Source of the DNA: Halodesulfovibrio sp.
GTDB lineage: Bacteria > Desulfobacterota > Desulfovibrionia > Desulfovibrionales > Desulfovibrionaceae
Direction: 5' to 3'
Assembly (NCBI RefSeq): GCF_015482765.1
Contig: NZ_JADMLB010000057.1
Coordinates: 2,101 to 26,100 of the forward strand
DNA: 24,000 bases
In this document: positions 16,947-23,310 of the stretch, piece after piece
Position numbering within the stretch: position 1 is the stretch's first letter
Layout of the letters: every line of letters begins with the position of its first letter
Notes under the pieces: model-generated
Databases searched by the model: none
Told to the model about the DNA's origin: nothing
What the model saw: only the letters and a program-made list of their open reading frames with translations
Translations under genes and position numbers: made by a program

Positions 16947-17258
16947 ATGAAGAATACGATTACCGGAACATTTGCATTCCCCGCTAGCGAACCGGCACTG
17001 GCTGACCATTTTCCGGACAGCCCAATCATTCCGGGAACGCTGATCATTCACAGCTTCATGGGAGTAGTGAGGGAACTCATGCCAGACGCCAAACTACAAG
17101 TGAGTAAATTTCGATTCCGATCTTTTGTAACACCGGAAACATACGAATATACTCTTGAAGCCAAGCCGTTCGGATTTTCCTGCACCTTATTCAACAACGA
17201 TGGAAAAGCCGTCACAGGACGTATTTTGATTCATCATGAGGAACAGTCAGATGCATAG
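16947..17258 (+). CDS. Short FabZ/FabA-like hotdog-fold protein (putative 3-hydroxyacyl-ACP dehydratase subunit)
   Basis: ASEPALADHFPDSPIIPGTLIIHSF aligns without gaps to the FabZ core [24 protein letters not shown]. A GGAGA RBS lies 6 nt upstream of the ATG. The protein is only 103 aa. Confidence 0.7.
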   Translation: MKNTITGTFAFPASEPALADHFPDSPIIPGTLIIHSFMGVVRELMPDAKLQVSKFRFRSFVTPETYEYTLEAKPFGFSCTLFNNDGKAVTGRILIHHEEQSDA

Positions 17259-18009
17259 CCTTCCCATGCACTTCACGGGTACCCATGCCTGCGTCCTTGG
17301 AGCCTCCTCAGATATCGGCATGGCAGTCGCAAAAAAACTTAGCGAAGCGGGGATGCAGCTAACCCTTTCTGCATGTTCAGAAAAAGGAATTGCCCGCATT
17401 ACATCAGCCTTTCCAGCGGCAACTATACTCGAACTCAATTTGGAAAAGGTCGCCCGCAGCGTTACAATAGACACGGGTGTAACCAACTCCCCACTGGGGC
17501 AAATACAACAGCCTGACTATCTTGTGGACTGCATGCAAAGTGATTTTGAAGGGTTCATCGCCGGAGCTGCCCCGAAGGACATTGCCCGATATTTTGAAAC
17601 AAACATTTCAGGCAGAAGCATCTGTCTTCGTCATGTTTCAAGGATGATGCTCGGCAAACGATTTGGTCGCTGTCTGTTTGTCTCATCCACTGCCGGAGTG
17701 CTCCCTAATGCGGGACAAGGCTTTTATGCAGCATCTAAACGAGCCGGAGAAGCTCTCTTCCAAAACCTTGGTATTGAGCTTGCAGCTCGAGGAGTGACCA
17801 GTTGTTCCATACGCCTCGGATACGTGCAGAGCGGTCGAGGCACTGCATATATAAAAAACAACCCTGAAGCAGTGAAACTCTCTCCTGCAAGGCGTGCCAT
17901 CACTTCAGAAGAAGCAGCATCGACCATCATATTTCTACTCAGTGACGAGGCACAAATGATAAACGGAACAACAATTACAATGGATGGCGGATTAACCGCC
18001 TGTAAATAA
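17251..18009 (+). CDS. Short-chain dehydrogenase/reductase, FabG-like (putative 3-oxoacyl-ACP reductase)
   Basis: It has the Gly-rich loop GASSDIG, a catalytic Ser in VSSTAG, and YAASK (YxxxK). ATG 17251 sits 7 nt behind GAGGAA and overlaps the upstream stop (ATGCATAG). The track alternative is ATG 17236. Confidence 0.8.
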   Translation: MHSLPMHFTGTHACVLGASSDIGMAVAKKLSEAGMQLTLSACSEKGIARITSAFPAATILELNLEKVARSVTIDTGVTNSPLGQIQQPDYLVDCMQSDFEGFIAGAAPKDIARYFETNISGRSICLRHVSRMMLGKRFGRCLFVSSTAGVLPNAGQGFYAASKRAGEALFQNLGIELAARGVTSCSIRLGYVQSGRGTAYIKNNPEAVKLSPARRAITSEEAASTIIFLLSDEAQMINGTTITMDGGLTACK

Positions 18010-18018
18010 GGATTTGCA

Positions 18019-18387
18019 ATGTCTACTTTTACTCAAGTTCAACACGTTATTACCGAAGTTCTCGAAGTAGAACCGGAAGAAGTTACGCCCTCCACATACG
18101 TCCTGCGGGATCTCCCGACAGAATCCATTGACTTGATGGAATATGGAATTGGGCTGAACAAGGAATGCGGTATTTCCGTTAGCGACGACATCGTTTTTCT
18201 TAAATCACTCCGCCTTCACATGGCTGAAGCTGAAGACAACGGCATAGAACAACAAATACATCTACGTTCTGTGTACCCGCACCTCTCTACAGACCGCATA
18301 CAGGAAATACTTCAGACCGTTAACGCAGGACCTGTATTACAAGTGCAGGACATTGTTGCCTATATCGAACACGCAAAACGTGCATAA
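18019..18387 (+). CDS. Atypical acyl carrier protein (122 aa)
   Basis: LRDLPTESIDLMEY aligns to the ACP motif [13 protein letters not shown], placing the Ser at residue 36 as in E. coli ACP. The C-terminal VQDIVAYIEHAKR resembles ACP helix IV. Confidence 0.7.
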   Translation: MSTFTQVQHVITEVLEVEPEEVTPSTYVLRDLPTESIDLMEYGIGLNKECGISVSDDIVFLKSLRLHMAEAEDNGIEQQIHLRSVYPHLSTDRIQEILQTVNAGPVLQVQDIVAYIEHAKRA

Positions 18388-18396
18388 GGAGCCGGA

Positions 18397-19617
18397 ATGC
18401 GAAATCGAGTTGTCATAACAGGCGCAGGATATGTAACCTCTCTTGGGAATACTCCTGAGAGCATAGCCAGCAATGTGCGCCATAATCTACCGCATTTTAC
18501 TGCATCTCACGAATTCGAGGGATGTATGGAATGCGCTATCACTGACTTTGATCTCGCAACCGTTACCGGACGCTGGAAAAACAGAAAATATCTTTCACGC
18601 GGGGCACAGCTTGCTTTAGCGGCCGCCGTACGGGCGGCAGAAGACAGCAGCGCCACTGCTGACCTTCTGGAACATGCCGGACTTTTCATAGGTGCAGGGC
18701 CTAATCTGGATATCAGTTCAGACTTTCCGAATGTTGAAAACGGCAATATGGACAGTGCGGAACTGGCTGCACTGTGGATGCTGCGCTACCTGCCTAACAC
18801 AGCAGCAAGTGCCATAAGCCAATTTCTTCACATCCATGGAGAAAATTCCACGATAGGAACCGCCTGCTCTGCTTCAACACAGGCAATTGGCGAAGCTTTC
18901 CGGAAAATTAAAGATGGCTATCTTACCGTCGCCTTTGCCGGTGGCGGAGACTCCCGCCTTTCGCACGGGGGTCTGCTTGGCTACAAAAAAGCACAGGCAA
19001 TCTGGAATAAAGGCGGAGATCCGCAAAAGGCTTGTCGCCCGTTTGATGCCGAACGCAACGGCTTTATTGCCGGAGAAGGCGGAGCCATGTTTGTGCTTGA
19101 ATCTCTGGATCATGCACAAGCGCGCGGAGCGCATATAGTTGCTGAAATCTGCGGCTACGGTGCAACAATGGATGCGCACACAATGACTGCTCCGCACCCA
19201 AACGCTGTACACGCTGAAAAAGCAGTTCGGCATGCTCTTCTTGAGGCAGGCATCTCTTCTGATCAAGTTGAACTTATTGCAGCACATGGTACGTCGACCC
19301 CTTTAAACGACACCATGGAAGCACACATGATTGAACGTATTTTTCATACTGAATCGGCAGCGCATATTCCTTTGGTCACAGCTCTTAAATCATGGGTGGG
19401 ACACTGTACCGCTGCATCAGGCGCAGTTGAGCTTGGTATTTTACTAGCCCTGCTCAGTAAAGGAATGATTCCTCCCGTGAGAAACCTGACCACACCGTGC
19501 TCTGAACAGCTTCACTTTGTAACTGAAACCATGTCGCTTCCTGTATCCACCCTCCTGCTCGAAAACTTCGGGTTCGGTGGACAAAACAGTGCACTCGTAG
19601 TGCGTCTCTGGCCATAA
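18397..19617 (+). CDS. Beta-ketoacyl-ACP synthase, KAS I/II (FabF/FabB) type
   Basis: It has RVVITGAGYVTSLG at the N-terminus. The active-site Cys is in GTACSAST, and the two His residues are in AHGTSTPLND and GHCTAASG. NFGFGGQNSAL lies at the C-terminus. The length is 406 aa and an AAGGAG RBS is present. Confidence 0.9.
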   Translation: MRNRVVITGAGYVTSLGNTPESIASNVRHNLPHFTASHEFEGCMECAITDFDLATVTGRWKNRKYLSRGAQLALAAAVRAAEDSSATADLLEHAGLFIGAGPNLDISSDFPNVENGNMDSAELAALWMLRYLPNTAASAISQFLHIHGENSTIGTACSASTQAIGEAFRKIKDGYLTVAFAGGGDSRLSHGGLLGYKKAQAIWNKGGDPQKACRPFDAERNGFIAGEGGAMFVLESLDHAQARGAHIVAEICGYGATMDAHTMTAPHPNAVHAEKAVRHALLEAGISSDQVELIAAHGTSTPLNDTMEAHMIERIFHTESAAHIPLVTALKSWVGHCTAASGAVELGILLALLSKGMIPPVRNLTTPCSEQLHFVTETMSLPVSTLLLENFGFGGQNSALVVRLWP

Positions 19618-20055
19618 ATGCACACTCACAGAACAATCACATTCGACGTTGAACGGTTTATTATGCTGGATGCAATTACTGATTGTACAGCAACAGTTCT
19701 CACGGCTGAAAAACACTTTGCCAACGCTCCTGCATATCTTGCTCTGGAAGCAATGGCACAAACAGGCGGCATGCACTTTAGACACTGCATGAAGTTTTCA
19801 CGCCATGCATTTTTGCTTTCCATTCAAGACACATCTGTACTGCCAAGCATGCCTCTTTCGGGTCTCGCTAAAACAACCGTTACTCAAACAGCGCAAACGG
19901 ACTCAACGGCTGCATATACTATCCAGCTTTCGTGTGCCGATGTGCTGATTGAAGGTGCATTTCTTTTTGGCTGTACAGACTATGGTGCACAGTTCTCTCA
20001 ATCAGCACTTACTACCCACTACAGGGAGTTGTTTCAATGCTTACAGAACGCTTAA
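19618..20055 (+). CDS. Divergent hotdog-fold protein with a FabZ-like LALEAMAQ helix (dehydratase partner or thioesterase)
   Basis: EKHFANAPAYLALEAMAQTGG resembles the FabZ sequence GHFP...LILEAMAQATG. The ATG abuts the KAS stop (TAAATG), and the 3' end overlaps bioF by 19 nt. Confidence 0.55.
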   Translation: MHTHRTITFDVERFIMLDAITDCTATVLTAEKHFANAPAYLALEAMAQTGGMHFRHCMKFSRHAFLLSIQDTSVLPSMPLSGLAKTTVTQTAQTDSTAAYTIQLSCADVLIEGAFLFGCTDYGAQFSQSALTTHYRELFQCLQNA

Positions 20056-21179
20056 AACGCTCCATTACTCTTCGAAAAGAATCTGGACTCTACCGCCAAC
20101 CAGTAACTGTACAGGAACACCATGGAAGTCATGCTATCGTAAACGGCAAAAAGCTGATCAACTTTGCTTCCAACGACTACCTTGGATTAGCGCAAAATAG
20201 CGCATGGCAAAAAACACTCAGTGCATGTTTTGCCAACCACCTTCCATCCGGTACGTCTTCACGGCTTGTCTCTGGACACACTGGCTTTACAGAGGATGTA
20301 GAGCAGAGATTTGCAGAGTATTTCGGATACGATGAAGCACTGTTTCTCCCCAGTGGGTACCAGGCAAACCTTGCTGTTCTCTGGGGAATATGCAGCCCCG
20401 CCGAAACGCTTTTCTACGACAAACGGATTCATGCAAGCATGGCACAAGGGCTGGCACAGACAGGAAGTACACTTAAAGGCTTCGCCCATAGCGACCTTGC
20501 ACAACTCGGCAGGAAATTGCAGCTTACAAAAGCAGAATCGCCTGTTGTTCTGACAGAGTCCTTGTTCAGCATGGACGGTGATATGTTGGACACAAAAACA
20601 TTCGAGTCCTTACGCCATGAGCACGGATTCTTTTCCATTGTTGATGAAGCCCACGCTTTCGGTGCACTCGGCACAAACGGAACAGGTCTCTGCAACAGCT
20701 GTGCAGATCTGGCGGTAGGAACCTTCGGCAAGGCTCTCGGAATGTTCGGGGCTTTTATTCTGATGCCAAAAGGATTCAAAGAATTTTTCCAGAACTTCTC
20801 ATCGCCTGTCATCTACTCAACTGCGATGCCGGAAGCTCATGGGGCAGCGGCAGCTGCTTTACTCAAACAACTGCCAAAAATGGATGCAGAACGTGCACAC
20901 CTTGCCCATGTGAGTTCTTTACTGCGTACGGAATTACAGCACGCAGGCTTCTCTATTCAAGGAGATGCACACATAGTTTCCATTGAAATCGGTGATGAAA
21001 TGAAAGCCGCAACTATTGCGGAAAAAATGCGGGAGGACGGTGTGCTTGCGTTTGCATCGCGCTATCCGACCGTACCAATGAACAAAGCTGTCATACGAGT
21101 AAGCATGACAGCCTTGCACAGTACTGAGGACGTACACACATTCGTCAACAGTATCAGGGGGTGGTATGACAGAACCTAA
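20037..21179 (+). CDS. bioF: 8-amino-7-oxononanoate synthase
   Basis: It belongs to the alpha-oxoamine synthase family: INFASNDYLGLAQ, VDEAHAFGALG, and the PLP lysine in GTFGKALG. The length is 380 aa. Confidence 0.9.
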   Translation: MLTERLKRSITLRKESGLYRQPVTVQEHHGSHAIVNGKKLINFASNDYLGLAQNSAWQKTLSACFANHLPSGTSSRLVSGHTGFTEDVEQRFAEYFGYDEALFLPSGYQANLAVLWGICSPAETLFYDKRIHASMAQGLAQTGSTLKGFAHSDLAQLGRKLQLTKAESPVVLTESLFSMDGDMLDTKTFESLRHEHGFFSIVDEAHAFGALGTNGTGLCNSCADLAVGTFGKALGMFGAFILMPKGFKEFFQNFSSPVIYSTAMPEAHGAAAAALLKQLPKMDAERAHLAHVSSLLRTELQHAGFSIQGDAHIVSIEIGDEMKAATIAEKMREDGVLAFASRYPTVPMNKAVIRVSMTALHSTEDVHTFVNSIRGWYDRT

Positions 21180-21870
21180 TCCGTCATTTTTCGTTGTCGG
21201 TACAGATACCGATGTGGGTAAGACAGTTGCTTCCCTGATGCTCATGCGTTTCCTTATAAGAACGGGGCACACGCCTTATTATTGGAAACCGGTGCAAACA
21301 GGCTGCCTTAGCCCGAACGATGCAGGCGCTGACGCCAGCTTCGTTCTTAAATATTGTCCGGAACTGCAACAGACTGCTGCTGAAGCAACCGGAGCCTGCT
21401 TTAACGCTCCCAAGGCTCCATTCTACGCTGCCCGTGATGAACAGAGCAGCGTAGAAGTGGAAGACCTTTTACACAAACTGGCATATTTGCGTAAAAATAA
21501 TACCTTGGTGGTAGAAGCTGCCGGAGGATTGCTAGTGCCTTTCAGCCGTACACATATGTTGGCGGACATCGTGCAACTGGCTGTCCAGCGGTTCGGGATC
21601 AAGCCCATACTCGTTGCACGAGCCGGACTTGGTACAATCAACCACACGCTTCTTTCCATTGAGGCGTTGCATCACCGAGGCGTTCAACCGGCAGGGATAG
21701 TGTTTGTGAATAACAAGGAACACCGTACACCACAGGCGATGCTGCAGGAAAATATGGAGGCAATCTCCACATTTTCAAACTATTCTGTATGCGGATGTAT
21801 TCCGCATATTGAAGACTTTTCAAATCCTCCAGAAGAGGCAATTTCACTCTTCGAAAGGATCGCTGGCTAG
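21166..21870 (+). CDS. bioD: Dethiobiotin synthase
   Basis: The N-terminal P-loop FFVVGTDTDVGKTVAS is present and the length is 234 aa. It overlaps bioF by 14 nt. Confidence 0.9.
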   Translation: MTEPNPSFFVVGTDTDVGKTVASLMLMRFLIRTGHTPYYWKPVQTGCLSPNDAGADASFVLKYCPELQQTAAEATGACFNAPKAPFYAARDEQSSVEVEDLLHKLAYLRKNNTLVVEAAGGLLVPFSRTHMLADIVQLAVQRFGIKPILVARAGLGTINHTLLSIEALHHRGVQPAGIVFVNNKEHRTPQAMLQENMEAISTFSNYSVCGCIPHIEDFSNPPEEAISLFERIAG

Positions 21871-21996
21871 GTTTACCGAATGGAGCACGGCAAACCTGCC
21901 AACAAATCGTACCTTCGTTACTCCGTGAGTGTCTTACCTAACGCTGTACATAAAATTATATACAGCACACTTGCGGAGTAACCTCTGAATAAATAG

Positions 21997-23295
21997 CTAC
22001 TCGCCGAACTCGTTCAGGAGTTCATCCGCTTCCGGATACATATTCAATAAATCATTCAAGGTTTCACGACGACGGATAAGACGCGGTTCACCGTTTGCCT
22101 GAATAAGCACTTCAGCAGGACGTGGACGCTGGTTGTATGGAGATGCCATTACGTATCCGTAAGCACCTGCATCAAGCATTGCGATAACGTCGCCTTCTGC
22201 AATTTCAGGGAGCTGGCGGTCTTTCGCCATGATGTCACCGGATTCGCAAATGTTACCGACAATGCTCTGTTCCATTGTTTCGGTAGCTTCACTGCCGCCT
22301 TCACGATAAATCTCTACATCGTGGAAGGAATCGTACATGGCAGGACGCATCAGCTGGTTAAAACCAAGATCAGTTCCGGCAAAGCGTTTTTCACCGTTGT
22401 TTTTCACACTGTAACAAGTGCCGAGCAATACGCCGCACTCCGCTGCAATGTAGCGACCCGGTTCACACATAAAGCGTCCGGTGTATCCAGTGTCTTCAAT
22501 AAATTTCGTAATTGTTGCGTGGAATGCTTCACCAAGTTTTGCAAGATCAAGGCGCTCTTCACTTTCATATTTGCGGTACGGGATACCGAAGCCACCACCA
22601 AAGTCGATGATCTCCAATGCGTTATCTTCTGTAATCCATTCTTTTGCGATGGAAAGAAGAACCTGCATTGCTTCAAGGTATCCATCCGGCTCCATAAACA
22701 GTGAACCGATGTGCATGTTCACACCACAAAGAGTCAGATTATGGCGTGCTAATGTTGCGCGCACGGTATCTGCTTCTTCAGGGTCAACACCAAACTTGGT
22801 CTGTTTGCCACCAGTAACAACTTTTGCATGGTGGCCAGCACCGATGCCCGGGTTGAAACGGATAACAACCTTGCCGCCCGGATTAAGCTGACCGTACAGA
22901 TCCAGCTGGGAGAGGGAATCCACACTCACATATACGCCATGATCAATAGCGTACTGGAGTTCTTCAGCAGAGACGTTATTGGATATGAACAGGATCTGCT
23001 CCGGCTTAAATCCGGCGGCAAGGTTCATGACAATTTCGCCCGGCGACATTGCATCAACCACCATTCCTTCCTCTTGAACTACCTTGAGGAGGTGAATATT
23101 TGTATTCGCCTTTGCGGAATAGTTAGGTGTAAAGGCTGGATTGTCAGAAAGTGCCTTAACTTCACGACAACGGGTACGAAGAATATTCTCGTTGTAAACA
23201 TACAGCGGGCTGCCGAATGTTTTAACAAGTTCCATTGGGGTGTTATTGCCGTAAAAATTTACACTGTCAGTGTAGCTGGAGCGAACATTGCTCAT
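21997..23295 (-). CDS. lysA: Diaminopimelate decarboxylase (PLP-dependent group IV decarboxylase)
   Basis: Diagnostic motifs are FGSPLYVYNE, YSAKAN (PLP lysine), HIGS, FGGGFGIPY, CEPGRYIAA, GNICESGD and YNQRPRPAEVLI. A GGAGA RBS is present. Confidence 0.85.
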   Translation of the reverse strand: MSNVRSSYTDSVNFYGNNTPMELVKTFGSPLYVYNENILRTRCREVKALSDNPAFTPNYSAKANTNIHLLKVVQEEGMVVDAMSPGEIVMNLAAGFKPEQILFISNNVSAEELQYAIDHGVYVSVDSLSQLDLYGQLNPGGKVVIRFNPGIGAGHHAKVVTGGKQTKFGVDPEEADTVRATLARHNLTLCGVNMHIGSLFMEPDGYLEAMQVLLSIAKEWITEDNALEIIDFGGGFGIPYRKYESEERLDLAKLGEAFHATITKFIEDTGYTGRFMCEPGRYIAAECGVLLGTCYSVKNNGEKRFAGTDLGFNQLMRPAMYDSFHDVEIYREGGSEATETMEQSIVGNICESGDIMAKDRQLPEIAEGDVIAMLDAGAYGYVMASPYNQRPRPAEVLIQANGEPRLIRRRETLNDLLNMYPEADELLNEFGE

Positions 23296-23310
23296 GCCTA
23301 AATCTCCTGA

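Noticed and set aside
16772-16950. Possible frameshifted N-terminus of the first hotdog protein. One upstream frame reads ...SPENLLQEILRSPKVPRW* and another reads ...EGTPLVTAVGDNQ*, ending in an ATGA overlap with the ATG at 16947. Both are vaguely FabZ-N-terminus-like (compare EEILELLPHRFPFLLVDRV).
   Set aside because: It would need two frameshifts and the similarity is weak. The ATG at 16947 also has its own GGAGA RBS. This is worth a look only if orthologues show a longer N-terminus.
16566-17051. Minus-strand 161-aa ORF bridging the bioA to hotdog spacer.
   Set aside because: It overlaps the 3' end of bioA and the 5' end of the hotdog gene in antisense. It has no RBS and no family resemblance, so the spacer is better treated as non-coding.
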